41,322 nt of DNA from a virus (IMGVR_UViG_3300033493_000004:1-41322), one strand, 5' to 3'; positions 27,042 through 36,757 are shown, counted from the stretch's first letter. Notes: a model not told the origin generated them from the letters alone. Numbers and translations are program-made.

Positions 27042-27586
27042 GTAAACGGCACCAAGACGCATTGGCATTTATGCTTACCAAGACACCTGCTTCCTGGAAG
27101 CGTGTCTGCCGCTAGCAATTCCTCATAAGTGCCTTCAATGCCATTGAGCTCCGCGCACTCTTCGCAAGGGTCCTCTCCTTCAGCTAAATAAATCATATTA
27201 ATCGTCATGTCACCATCAACAGCCATCAACGTTTCGTACCGCTCAGACACGCGTCTCGCCTGTCCCAGAAGAAGATTGCCCGATTGCGCATCCGTAAGCC
27301 GTTCCATCTCTGCTGCGTATCTCGGATCATCTGGCCCAATGTTGAAGCGCTGAAGATGTACAGCAGCAGCTTCTATCAACTTGTCAGGTGTATCGATGAC
27401 ACCAAACTGCTCCAAGTACTGCAACAGCTCGTCCGTGTCTTGCGTTGACAGACTTCTCAAATCCTTCGCCGACAACACAGGCACGGAAGACGGAACACCC
27501 GAAGCACCGCGTTCAAGCAACGGCGACATGAGCCCCTGATTCACCGACATATAGCGGCCGAAGTCTTCAAGCGTAATCTCAGCCAC
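27038..27586 (-). CDS. Minor head protein (Mu gpF or SPP1 gp7-like C-terminus)
   Basis: CEECAELNG ... PG..C.G.H.CQCVLVP. Confidence 0.7.
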   Translation of the reverse strand: MAEITLEDFGRYMSVNQGLMSPLLERGASGVPSSVPVLSAKDLRSLSTQDTDELLQYLEQFGVIDTPDKLIEAAAVHLQRFNIGPDDPRYAAEMERLTDAQSGNLLLGQARRVSERYETLMAVDGDMTINMIYLAEGEDPCEECAELNGIEGTYEELLAADTLPGSRCLGKHKCQCVLVPFT

Positions 27587-28055
27587 GAGGTACCCCGTCC
27601 TTGACTAACTGCTTAATGTCACTCTTATCTAACTCTTTAATTGCGCCTTTAAGCATCGGGTCGGTCTTCGCGAGAGACGAAAAAATCTCAGTCAAGAATC
27701 CACTCTCTATTTGTGCTTGCAGGTCGCACCAAGCCACAAGCACCTTTCGTGTAGTCGTCCACACATCGCCGCGCATGTTCTGTGGTATTGAGTTCAGCTC
27801 ATCAAGACTCATGGAGCCTGCATCAGCCGCCACATTGTACCAGTAAGACACCGCGAGGTCTTCGTTGCCTAGCTCAGCCGCCATCTGATTCATCAAGTAG
27901 CCGGCCAACCATAGACCTATTTGCGGGTTTCGCGCATCCGGGTCGTTCAACAACGTCGTGAAACTCTCTTTGTATGCGACCTTGCCCGCTTCAACAGTCG
28001 ATGTAATAGCTTCGTTACGCTTCTGTTTTGCGGCTAGGTATTTGTCTACCGGCAC
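27579..28055 (-). CDS. Hypothetical protein
   Basis: 158-aa ORF between portal and minor head genes. Confidence 0.6.
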   Translation of the reverse strand: MPVDKYLAAKQKRNEAITSTVEAGKVAYKESFTTLLNDPDARNPQIGLWLAGYLMNQMAAELGNEDLAVSYWYNVAADAGSMSLDELNSIPQNMRGDVWTTTRKVLVAWCDLQAQIESGFLTEIFSSLAKTDPMLKGAIKELDKSDIKQLVKDGVPRG

Positions 28056-29703
28056 TGAGCCCTCTCAAACCACCGAATGCAGGCTGCGTTGTTTCTTCTT
28101 GTTTCTTACCCGCTAAAACAGGATGTAACTCTTTGTCTTTCTCCATCTGCTCCAAACGATTAATTGCTTTCTCACGTGTGTCGAGTTGCTCTATCTCTTG
28201 AATCGCGTCCGCCAAATCACCGAATTGTTTATCAACTCGAATCGCCCATTCGTTGACTAACGCAGCTCTGTCAACAGGCACATGGTAGTCACCCGGATGC
28301 CATTGTTCGACTGAGTCAATAGAAATCGCAGTAACACCTGCACTTGTGGTAAGCGCCTTTTCAATCATCCACCTACGAGCAACAGACGAACGGGCGGCAG
28401 CGGCTCTTAGATTACGAAAATCCTTCATTGGTTGGATTACTTGTTGCAAGGCCACACCACTCGGTATCTCGCCGGATGACGCACGTGAAATCAGAAACTC
28501 TGCAACGTGGTTATCCTCAATTGTCTGCCTCAATTTCGCCTTGTAGACCGCATCCGCCTGCTGGACATTAATGGCTTCCCAACCTTGTTGCGCTAGACTC
28601 AGGCCACGACCTAGAATAACTTGCCCTTCGCGAATCGTCTTTGGCAGCACAGAAGTCGCGTTATCGCCTTTAGCCAAGGCCTGAATCCCCTTTGCGGATA
28701 CACCAGCGCAGCCAAGGAGAATTGAGTTCATGACGCTTAGCTCTACACAATTCTCATAAAGCGAGAAACTAAGCGGCAGCAAACCACGCCTCATTGGGTC
28801 GCCAGTAAGCAGCACAATCGGGTATACGGGAATCAGTTCGCCTAACTCGTCTGAAATCAACGTAAGTGGGTTTGCGAGTACATCTTTAGGTGCACTTCGA
28901 ACCCACCTATCGCTGATTACGTATTCGAGCGCTTCCTTGCTTCCCGGCTGCGGAATCTCATACCACTTGGTCGCCCAGTAAACAACGCAACGTCCGTCTG
29001 GGTAATCACCGGATGGGCCAAACCAGGCGCAATATTTATTCTTAGAGCCGTCTGACCCATCGAATCGGACCACGACTACAGACGCTTGATCGATGTCTGA
29101 GGAATCGGTCGACTCGACGCCGTCTTCGCTCGTTATCTCAGGCGCGTGACACACCCATACACGGCTCGGTGAAATCGGTTGCTCGCTCAGTCGACCGTTG
29201 CTGAGCGACAGATAAAGCGCCCCACTCCCTACGGCACAGGCCAATGAGTCCCATTGAATAACGGATAGGTCAGACTGTGCTTCCTCACGAATCGCAGAAA
29301 TCTCTTCTTCAACAGCATTATCCTCATATGAGAACCGAGAAATATTTGAATTAAACAACGTCGCTTGCTGCGCGACAATCAACGAATAAGTGGCCGTAGT
29401 AAGTATCTCTTGCTGCCCGTTGAGGATAGCCGTTTTCTGCGCGACGTTAATCCTGCTTACCTGTCTATCTGCTTGCGCCCAATCCTCAGTAACAGCGCCA
29501 CTTATTTCGTCAACTTCTTTAACGAGAAACAACGCGTACCGCTCAATGAGTTTGTCCTTAACAACATCATGATCAGTCGCTCGATGAAAATAGCCAAGCG
29601 CTTCCTCGACACGTGAATCAGTGCCTCTATCAAATGCCGACAAATCCTTCACTTCATGACGCACGTACGCGCGTGAGCCCGTGAGACCGGACAACTGACT
29701 CAC
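28015..29703 (-). CDS. Portal protein
   Basis: About 560 aa directly after TerL; SGVAL motif; GTG start overlaps the TerL stop (alternative ATG at 29730). Confidence 0.8.
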   Translation of the reverse strand: MSQLSGLTGSRAYVRHEVKDLSAFDRGTDSRVEEALGYFHRATDHDVVKDKLIERYALFLVKEVDEISGAVTEDWAQADRQVSRINVAQKTAILNGQQEILTTATYSLIVAQQATLFNSNISRFSYEDNAVEEEISAIREEAQSDLSVIQWDSLACAVGSGALYLSLSNGRLSEQPISPSRVWVCHAPEITSEDGVESTDSSDIDQASVVVVRFDGSDGSKNKYCAWFGPSGDYPDGRCVVYWATKWYEIPQPGSKEALEYVISDRWVRSAPKDVLANPLTLISDELGELIPVYPIVLLTGDPMRRGLLPLSFSLYENCVELSVMNSILLGCAGVSAKGIQALAKGDNATSVLPKTIREGQVILGRGLSLAQQGWEAINVQQADAVYKAKLRQTIEDNHVAEFLISRASSGEIPSGVALQQVIQPMKDFRNLRAAAARSSVARRWMIEKALTTSAGVTAISIDSVEQWHPGDYHVPVDRAALVNEWAIRVDKQFGDLADAIQEIEQLDTREKAINRLEQMEKDKELHPVLAGKKQEETTQPAFGGLRGLSAGRQIPSRKTEA

Positions 29704-31085
29704 GCTGCCCACCTTGTATACTCCGCCCATTGCGGCGGATGCAAACCCGTCACTGTGTAAAGGAGCATGTCTCTGCTATCCTCGTGAAATATCATCTTTG
29801 ACTTTTCTTTTCTAAAGTACTCATTACCGCCGGCTTCCGGCCACGTGTCAGAAGTAAGCACATCAAGCACGCCTCTCGTAGGCCCTGCGTAATACGATTC
29901 CAGTTTTGACGATACACAGAACCGTCTTTGGCCGAGGGTGTTAAGCAGTAAACCGGCGAGAACTCTGCCTTGCTGCTCCTTGTCGGCCGTGCCTTGTGTG
30001 ATTCGCTGAACATCGACACCATTGTCGCCGGACCACCCATGCGATACGAAAAGCTGCTCTGCGGAAAACCCCGTGTTGCCAGGCGTCTTGTGGTCCGCTC
30101 CTGTAAATATCTTAGACGGTGTTCCAAATCGTTTTTTGATCTCAGGAAGCACCCGATACGCTGGCGCACCGGGAGTGTATTCAGCCATCAGCACAAGCAC
30201 CCCGCCTTCGAAGTGGGGGCGGCTCGGCATATACTGGAACACGCCCCACGCCCCATCTACGCCACCGTGGTCAACACCAAGTATCCATGGCCTACCCTTC
30301 TGGAAACCTGCGTCGTATCGATTCCCATTAGGCCACAGAGTGTCTTGGAATGAAGGCCAGCACAGACCTTCAAGACTCACGAACCAGCCTTCTAGTTCTT
30401 GCAGTGCCTCAGATTCAGATAGTCCCTCGGACCGCATTTTTTCGTCAAGGTTATCATTATACGGGTTGTCTTTTGTTCGCCCGTAAAAAGCGACAGTATT
30501 CTTGTCCCTGCTAATTTGTACTCGTTTACCAATCGCTGCAACGCCAAAGCTTTTGGCATAAGCCATAAACCAGTTAGGTTTCGGAGTAGTAGTGTAGTCC
30601 GTTGTATAAAACAACACATTTGCGCCGCGTTGCATTCCCATACTAATCTTCGGCACATCGGCGCGGGTATCCTGCGCGATTTCATCATGCCCTATATAAC
30701 CGACACCAGAAGGCCCTCTGAAAGGGGGGTCACCATGCACGCGTCTAGACTGCCTACTCCGCAATTTAACAATGGCGCTATTGTCCATAAGAATATTCAC
30801 GCCGCGACGTGAACTAACGAATCGGTACTCTCTCTCAGGTACAGCCGCGATCCAAGCAGGGATTAATATATCCTCAATGTCACCGTCTGTCTGCTCTGTG
30901 AGATAACTCGTTACGCCTGGATGTATCCGTGAATAGATACGCGCCTTTTGACAAAGCACAATTGACTTCCCGCTACCACGACCAGCGATGAAAAAATTAC
31001 GACGCCTGAACGAGTGTAAAAATAAACTCTGCGCCGTATTACCCGCCGGCTCACACCACTGTGTTCTCGACGTCGCTGTCTGCAT
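29700..31085 (-). CDS. terL: Terminase large subunit
   Basis: AGRGSGKS Walker A, IGHDE Walker B, TTTP, TKDNPY, QELEGWF, nuclease GVDHG and HEDSRD. Confidence 0.92.
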   Translation of the reverse strand: MQTATSRTQWCEPAGNTAQSLFLHSFRRRNFFIAGRGSGKSIVLCQKARIYSRIHPGVTSYLTEQTDGDIEDILIPAWIAAVPEREYRFVSSRRGVNILMDNSAIVKLRSRQSRRVHGDPPFRGPSGVGYIGHDEIAQDTRADVPKISMGMQRGANVLFYTTDYTTTPKPNWFMAYAKSFGVAAIGKRVQISRDKNTVAFYGRTKDNPYNDNLDEKMRSEGLSESEALQELEGWFVSLEGLCWPSFQDTLWPNGNRYDAGFQKGRPWILGVDHGGVDGAWGVFQYMPSRPHFEGGVLVLMAEYTPGAPAYRVLPEIKKRFGTPSKIFTGADHKTPGNTGFSAEQLFVSHGWSGDNGVDVQRITQGTADKEQQGRVLAGLLLNTLGQRRFCVSSKLESYYAGPTRGVLDVLTSDTWPEAGGNEYFRKEKSKMIFHEDSRDMLLYTVTGLHPPQWAEYTRWAA

Positions 31086-31608
31086 CCTGTGTCACAATAA
31101 TTTTTGTTGGGTCGAACCCTGGAATCGCTAGGTTGTTATCCTCGGGACTAGGTGGCTTTTGGAATTCGGATGATTCTTTATTTATTGACTTCCAGCGGCC
31201 TTCACCCTTGTTCACAAGTATGAAAAACATCGCAGTTACGTTTGGCAACACGCGCTTTTTAACGGTTTTTTGTTTAACAACTCTGCCGCTAGGCGATTCT
31301 GTGATCTCTGTTGTCTTCTCCTCGTATTCATAACCGCGGATGGATCTTACAAGCTCGTACTCGGCAAGACCAAGCATCGTCTCACGTTGACGGTCTTTAC
31401 CTTTTTTAATTGCCTCTGTAACCTTTGTCGCAAGCTCCTCGCCGCCTTTACCGCGCCCGTATTTAAGATTGTACCATCGGTCAATTGTTTTACCGAGCGC
31501 CTTAGCAATCTCTCTGTCGAGCACAGCCCCATCCGCAACAGCTTGCTCGATGTCTCGAAGCAAAAGGCCTGTGTCTTCAAGGTCTTTTTTCACATAGTCT
31601 CTTGTCAT
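31051..31608 (-). CDS. terS: Terminase small subunit
   Basis: HTH (DREIAKALG), EAIKKGK, GYEYEE and PNVTAMFF..N...W motifs; upstream of TerL. Confidence 0.8.
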   Translation of the reverse strand: MTRDYVKKDLEDTGLLLRDIEQAVADGAVLDREIAKALGKTIDRWYNLKYGRGKGGEELATKVTEAIKKGKDRQRETMLGLAEYELVRSIRGYEYEEKTTEITESPSGRVVKQKTVKKRVLPNVTAMFFILVNKGEGRWKSINKESSEFQKPPSPEDNNLAIPGFDPTKIIVTQDADSDVENTVV

Positions 31609-31652
31609 ATTTTTTGATTTATAGAAAGTTGTACAAGGTCAATTTAACCACG

Positions 31653-32222
31653 TCAGGGGCGCGTACGCAAGTGCTTTCTTCGACTTTTGAGGCAATTTCG
31701 GCATAATTTTTTACACCGTCCCGCCTTATCAAGGTCAAAAAGCCCAAGATGCCCCCCAACGCAGTATTTAACCAAGCCTACGCCGAAGGCCGCTACAAGT
31801 TCCTCGATACTACATTCAAGCGCCCTACAAAGCCTATCCCGCTCTTTCAGCGCATCTCGTAGCCTACAAAGCAGCTCCTCAGGTGTCATCACTTCAACTG
31901 CCGCGCCGGCTGTCGGAATCGCTGCCGCCGTTATTCTTGTTTCCCGTGTAACGACGAAGCCTGAGGCCTTCGAGGTCTCGACATGTAGCCCGGAACGAGC
32001 TTCCTCACGCCACGTGGTTGCCTTTTTTAGCGGCCTGGACATCGCAGCGGTGTATCTTGCTCGCCCTTCATCGGTAACAGCATACCAACCATTCACGCCG
32101 GTCTGTATCGAACCCCTTTCTGCAAGGTCTTGAAGCAACCCTTTTGGCAGGTCTCTACAGTCTACATAATTCTCGCCAATCGTACGCCCGATTATTCTTT
32201 CTAAAACTTCTTCGCGTGTCAT
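31653..32222 (-). CDS. Hypothetical protein with winged-helix-like N-terminus and C-terminal Cys cluster (possible late regulator)
   Basis: YAVTDEGR wing motif; C..H...C...CRNC; AAGGA SD. Confidence 0.55.
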   Translation of the reverse strand: MTREEVLERIIGRTIGENYVDCRDLPKGLLQDLAERGSIQTGVNGWYAVTDEGRARYTAAMSRPLKKATTWREEARSGLHVETSKASGFVVTRETRITAAAIPTAGAAVEVMTPEELLCRLRDALKERDRLCRALECSIEELVAAFGVGLVKYCVGGHLGLFDLDKAGRCKKLCRNCLKSRRKHLRTRP

Positions 32223-32237
32223 ATTAAAAATCCTTTG

Positions 32238-32471
32238 GTGCCTAGGTGCCTATGTGCCTACCGCGTTCTAATCTCTGCTATGTTGTATTACTCTTTTTTT
32301 TTTTCTTATTTTTTTCCTTCTTCCCCTTTCTGTTATGTTTCTTCTTTTTAGGTAGGCACGGTAGGCACAGTAGGAACAAAGCAATGAAAATAGGCACTTG
32401 AAAGTTCCTACCATCGTAGCCCACCAACCCTTGTGCCTACTATGGTGCCTACCGTGCCTACCGTGCCTACC
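32238..32471. repeat. Iteron-like GTGCCTA repeats around a pyrimidine tract; putative replication origin
   Basis: Seven forward and three reverse GTGCCTA copies plus two GTTCCTA variants; T-rich tract about 32294-32349; lies right after the primase-helicase gene. Confidence 0.75.
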
Positions 32472-32510
32472 AAGTCGGAACACTTCTGTGTCGACGCGCA
32501 ACGCATGGTT

Positions 32511-34709
32511 TCAGTGCTCACCTCCAAAACGAAAGACCCAGAAAAAGTTTTTGCCAACATGCTTTCTGACCCTTTCGAAGCCAAGATTTCTCAAAATTCT
32601 TGCCACGATCATCTCATCCGAGCGCTTAATTTTGTCCCGGCTAAACTGCAACGGTTCGGTTAAAACATCCGCTGTTGTGACCTCTACGTTTTCCGTATCC
32701 GTGAATTTTTGCTCCAACCACTCACCTATCAAACCTGTCCATGCTTCGTTCTGCGGTTTGATAAATTCTTTTTGCCCATCCCTTTGCTCCCGTGCATAGT
32801 CGCTGTCGAGATACCACGTAACCCCGGCCTCATAGAGGCTCTTTGCTTCAGCCCAAATCTGATCCCTTGCATACTCGACCCATTCCGTGTCGATTTCGCC
32901 TGACCGAAGCACGAACCAACGGCGGTTATCCACATCGGCAAGCGGGAAGTCGTCATTCGTCGAACCAACAAGCACGTTGCGGCGAGGAAACTCCCGCGCC
33001 AACGCAGCGTAAGCCGGTCTCACAATGTCAACCTGCGCTGACACAAGCCGCTTCACGGCCTCTATCTCTCGTACCGACGTGCGTTGTAGCTCTGCGTCCT
33101 CGACGCACCAAGCGCGATGAGTGGTCTCGACCCAAGCTCTGACGTCGGTTACGTCACCCGGCGAGTCGGTGAAGTACTCAACCCCCGGGCCGGTAAACAG
33201 GACGCGCCAGAACGTTGATTTGTAACTACCCTGAGGCCCAAGAAGCACGGGGACAAGTTCGTGCTTGCATCCAGGATGATAGACGCGCGCAACGGCGGCA
33301 ACGCAGAGACATCGGGCTACCTCTTTGTGAATCGGCTTGTCTTCGCAGCCGGCGCCGTCGATGAACAATCGCTCGACGCGTGCCTTGCCATCCCAGCGTG
33401 GCAGGCAATTGAGGTACTCGCGAACCGCGTCATACTGCACGGCTTGAGCGACGGTCTCAAGCGCCTGCAACGCGAGAGTCTTGGAGCAGGCGTGAAGGCC
33501 TTGTTGATTGAGCCATCCAGCGCAGTTGACCGCATCCGCGTCTGAGAGCTGTCGCACTCGGAACCGCTCTGTAGTTGAGTCCCAAGGCGCCGGCGCCGTC
33601 CACTCCACTTTGTCACCACGCACGTTGAGCCGAAGCTTGTCCTTCAGAGATGGATGGTTGCCGACAATAAGCAAAGCGTTTGACACCGTGCACTTGATGA
33701 CACCCTCGCCGGTGCGTATAAGGCCTTCCCGCCATCCTTGCTCGGCACGGGGCACCTTAGCGCCGTCTAGGATTGCCCGGCTTATCTCGTCTCGGATGGA
33801 TACGAGTCTCTCTGCGTCAAAGGCTCCTGAATCCTCGCAAGCTTCGACGAGCTTGTCGGTAAGCAGTTCGGATTCGATGGCACCGGAAGCGACCCAGCCC
33901 CCGAGGAAGAAGGCGGCACTGTTGACAATCGGATGTCTCGCGGCGCCAGTGCTACCAAGCTGCTCGATGCGGCGAGACCAGTAACCAAGCTCGTCGTAGC
34001 AGTTACCCGTTGGCACGTACACGGCATCGAGCAACCCATCGACGTAGCCGATTCGGTTAGCGGCGGGGCACGGGTCTGAACCCTTGTCCTCAAACAACGG
34101 CGCTGCGGTGTAGATAGGCGTAACGGCTGTGTAGATGGACGTGTCAACAGGGTAGGGGAGAGATAATGCGAACTGCTTCTGCTCGCCTAGAGACAAGGCC
34201 TCAACGGACCAGAGGAACACGCGAAGGCGCAGACCGGCCTTGACGCCCCATGACCCAGTGACCTGCCACAGCAGCTCGACGTTACGGAACTGAGGGATAG
34301 TCGCGAGAAACTCTTCAACGGCTAGGCGTGGGTTCGCCGGGTCGATGTTGCCTTTCCACAACACCGAGTCGAAGTCGAGAATGATTAAGTGGTGCTTGGC
34401 CGGCTTGAACGAAGCGGTTGGGCCTTTGGACTTGCGCTCAATGTTTAAGCGCTCTTTAGGCGCCTTGAGTTCGCCGAAGATCGGGAAGCGTTGAGGCTCA
34501 GCGACAAGACGCATCAAGAGGGCGTGCATGTCGCTCAAAGAGGATACAGGCTCTGTTGTCGCGTCGAAGCGTGTACCGAGGCTTGGGGGGGCCTCGGTTC
34601 CGTCTGTTCGCCAGTGTTTGCAGGCACGGGCGTTTGGTTTTCGGCAAGTTAGGAGAGTTAAAAAGTCGTTTGCTTCTGTTGATTGGTGTGTTACACTGTC
34701 TATTGTCAT
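32511..34709 (-). CDS. Primase (AEP-like) fused to VirE/VapE-type helicase
   Basis: IILDFD N-terminal motif; LPRWDG, ARVYHPGCK, GPQGSYKST Walker A, VRPAY, GSTN, NRRW, RDQIWAEA VirE motifs. Confidence 0.9.
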   Translation of the reverse strand: MTIDSVTHQSTEANDFLTLLTCRKPNARACKHWRTDGTEAPPSLGTRFDATTEPVSSLSDMHALLMRLVAEPQRFPIFGELKAPKERLNIERKSKGPTASFKPAKHHLIILDFDSVLWKGNIDPANPRLAVEEFLATIPQFRNVELLWQVTGSWGVKAGLRLRVFLWSVEALSLGEQKQFALSLPYPVDTSIYTAVTPIYTAAPLFEDKGSDPCPAANRIGYVDGLLDAVYVPTGNCYDELGYWSRRIEQLGSTGAARHPIVNSAAFFLGGWVASGAIESELLTDKLVEACEDSGAFDAERLVSIRDEISRAILDGAKVPRAEQGWREGLIRTGEGVIKCTVSNALLIVGNHPSLKDKLRLNVRGDKVEWTAPAPWDSTTERFRVRQLSDADAVNCAGWLNQQGLHACSKTLALQALETVAQAVQYDAVREYLNCLPRWDGKARVERLFIDGAGCEDKPIHKEVARCLCVAAVARVYHPGCKHELVPVLLGPQGSYKSTFWRVLFTGPGVEYFTDSPGDVTDVRAWVETTHRAWCVEDAELQRTSVREIEAVKRLVSAQVDIVRPAYAALAREFPRRNVLVGSTNDDFPLADVDNRRWFVLRSGEIDTEWVEYARDQIWAEAKSLYEAGVTWYLDSDYAREQRDGQKEFIKPQNEAWTGLIGEWLEQKFTDTENVEVTTADVLTEPLQFSRDKIKRSDEMIVARILRNLGFERVRKHVGKNFFWVFRFGGEH

Positions 34710-34878
34710 CCAGACACTCCTTTTTGTCAGTCTGCCGTCGCATCTAGGCGGCAGACTTTAATTCTACGCCGCCCCTAGGTTCAGCACAAGTGTCATTTTT
34801 TAGCACGATTCTTGCATTATATAATGATTACATTAACTTAGCCGGCCAAAAGAAAAATAAAAAAATGTTGATAGCTTC

Positions 34879-34908
34879 TTGACACCTCGTTACTACTGTG
34901 TTATTAAT
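34879..34908 (+). promoter_or_regulatory. Sigma70-type early promoter
   Basis: TTGACA, 17-nt spacer, TG-n-TATTAA(T), with an A-tract upstream. Confidence 0.7.
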
Positions 34909-34914
34909 TAACTC

Positions 34915-35127
34915 ATGAGCAGCGAGACAAAAAGAGTTACAGAGTCAATCGAGGATTTTGAGATCCTAGTGTGCGGCTTGAAGATTGATTGGCACACAGC
35001 GAAACAGATAAGGAAGGACCCTATAAGGAAAGACGAGGCTTTGGAGAGTGCACTGGACACGTGCGCCGAAGTAATAAAGGCAGCATGTAAAATCTACCAG
35101 ATACTAAGTGGTCAAAAATCGCATTAG
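34915..35127 (+). CDS. Hypothetical early protein (probably leaderless)
   Basis: ATG 7 nt after the -10 box, no SD. Confidence 0.65.
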   Translation: MSSETKRVTESIEDFEILVCGLKIDWHTAKQIRKDPIRKDEALESALDTCAEVIKAACKIYQILSGQKSH

Positions 35128-35140
35128 AGGAGAAACCAGT

Positions 35141-35362
35141 ATGGTTAAAAACGACCAATACAAAAAAGCGGTGGCCGAGAATCGTGAAGCGAACAGGAAG
35201 CTTTTCGGCTTCGGCGAGAAGCAGGTAGCTACTCTCAATGAACAACCCTGCAAGTGTGGGTGTATCCGCTACTCAATAGAGATACAATGCAAATGTATAA
35301 AATGCGGCGCCACGTATGCCCCCGACGCAGAGTTGTACATCGAAGAAGGAGAGTCAAAATGA
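35141..35362 (+). CDS. Zinc-ribbon hypothetical protein
   Basis: GAGGAG SD; CKCG...CIKCG. Confidence 0.7.
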   Translation: MVKNDQYKKAVAENREANRKLFGFGEKQVATLNEQPCKCGCIRYSIEIQCKCIKCGATYAPDAELYIEEGESK

Positions 35363-35550
35363 AAAACGTTAACGTGCAATCGGAATCAGGCTTTACTGAT
35401 GCAGAAGTAAAAAAACTTGGGAAATATATCACCCCCTGTCCCGAGGGTTGTTATCAGGGGACCGGTGAGCATTGGATATGCCCTTACTTTAGGGGACAAA
35501 GAGCGAAAAATATGATGGCTGAGGCTGTGGAACGGGAGGAGTCAAAATGA
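35359..35550 (+). CDS. Small hypothetical protein
   Basis: AAGGAG SD, ATGA coupling; CPEGC..HWICP. Confidence 0.65.
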   Translation: MKNVNVQSESGFTDAEVKKLGKYITPCPEGCYQGTGEHWICPYFRGQRAKNMMAEAVEREESK

Positions 35551-35690
35551 AGATGTGGATACTATTGATCGTACCGATGCTAACCATCGTGTTGACTATT
35601 TTGTCACGCGTATTTTACTGGCCGTCTATCGTGGTCATCGCGCTTAATGTGGCCCTTATTTGCGATGCTTTGACAATCAAGAGGAGATAG
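35547..35690 (+). CDS. 47-aa two-TM membrane peptide (not in ORF track)
   Basis: GGAGGAG SD, ATGA coupling; MKMWILLIVPMLTIVLTILSRVFYWPSIVVIALNVALICDALTIKRR. Confidence 0.65.
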   Translation: MKMWILLIVPMLTIVLTILSRVFYWPSIVVIALNVALICDALTIKRR

Positions 35691-35698
35691 AGAGAGAG

Positions 35699-36757
35699 AT
35701 GACACATTACGAAGCATTAGTAATCGATGCCGCAAACCGGCTTGGCAGCAAATCAAAGACGCCGAAAGGCGCTGCAAAATGGCTCTTGAAGACGAAGCGA
35801 AGCGCTGTGAAACAGATGCTCGACACTATAAGGCATGAAGCGCTTAATGAGCCAAAGCCTGTAGACCCGAGGGTGCCTAACTACTACCGAGAATTCGTCG
35901 GCCGTGTATCCAAAGGCGACAACAAGCTCCTAGCCGAGTTGTGTGAAAGAACAAACGATCCCATACTCGCGGAGTACGCAGGGCGATTTGGCATAACTGT
36001 TGCAACGGTGAGCAACAAGGCTTGCCGGCCATCAGATGGGTACACACGGACCAGAGCAACTAGGCTATATTGCAGGTCCTACGAGGATAGCACCTGGTGG
36101 CAGCATCACGAAACAGAGTGGCGCGGTGGTACACCGCATACGAAGACAGCGGCGTACGTGACTGTACGCTACAGGTCGGTTGTGGCCATCGAGCCAAAAG
36201 GCAAACGAGCAGTGTATCAGCTCGGCAGCGCCAAGCCGATTACGGTTTACGCGCCGTGTCAACACACGTTGTACGCCGAAAACGGACACATCGTTGCCTC
36301 AAGGCGTGGTGTCACGACGCCTCTACTGATCGCGGATGTGATCGCCGGGCTGCATAGTAACAGAGGAAACACACCTCTTGCGATGCCGCCTGGGCTTGCA
36401 GAACGCTTCGGGTTTTGGGAGTTCGGTGGCAAGGCGATTGCAGAAGCGGAGATCGCTCGGAAGCAAGGAATCGTCCGCAAGGAGAAGCACGACGCATGGT
36501 TGTCGAAGCGTGACGAACGCGCGTGCCGGCTCCTCGCAAGGTTTACTCGTGAGCCAGTGCATTACGACGACGCAAGGAAGATCGGCTACTGCCAGGTGGG
36601 CATCCAGGCTTGGGCGGCATCGCGGGGGATCACAGAGGTAGAGAAAGCGACGGTGCCATGCTACCTGCTCGGACGAGACACTGACTACAGAGCTCGTGAT
36701 TTGGCGACACGTGTTGCTCGGACTGTATGGGAGTCGCGATTCGTCGCGGCATTGTAG
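35699..36757 (+). CDS. Basic hypothetical protein
   Basis: Long ORF with purine-rich SD region; C-terminal DARKIGYCQVGI motif. Confidence 0.75.
   Translation: MTHYEALVIDAANRLGSKSKTPKGAAKWLLKTKRSAVKQMLDTIRHEALNEPKPVDPRVPNYYREFVGRVSKGDNKLLAELCERTNDPILAEYAGRFGITVATVSNKACRPSDGYTRTRATRLYCRSYEDSTWWQHHETEWRGGTPHTKTAAYVTVRYRSVVAIEPKGKRAVYQLGSAKPITVYAPCQHTLYAENGHIVASRRGVTTPLLIADVIAGLHSNRGNTPLAMPPGLAERFGFWEFGGKAIAEAEIARKQGIVRKEKHDAWLSKRDERACRLLARFTREPVHYDDARKIGYCQVGIQAWAASRGITEVEKATVPCYLLGRDTDYRARDLATRVARTVWESRFVAAL

Noticed and set aside
31609-31652. Sigma70 promoter for terS (TTGACC ... TATAAA on the - strand)
   Set aside because: Spacer is only 13 nt; a late promoter may exist here but is not supportable from consensus
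32238-32471. Possible CRISPR or mini-array
   Set aside because: Repeats are 7-9 bp, in both orientations, without regular unique spacers
32268-32799. Short ORFs with VPTVPT, CLPCLP or GRHGRH repeats
   Set aside because: Translations of the GTGCCTA iterons; no SD and overlap with the primase gene or origin
8962-34761. Many + strand ORFs opposite the structural and primase genes
   Set aside because: Antisense shadows of a continuous, tightly coupled - strand operon; no motifs or SD support
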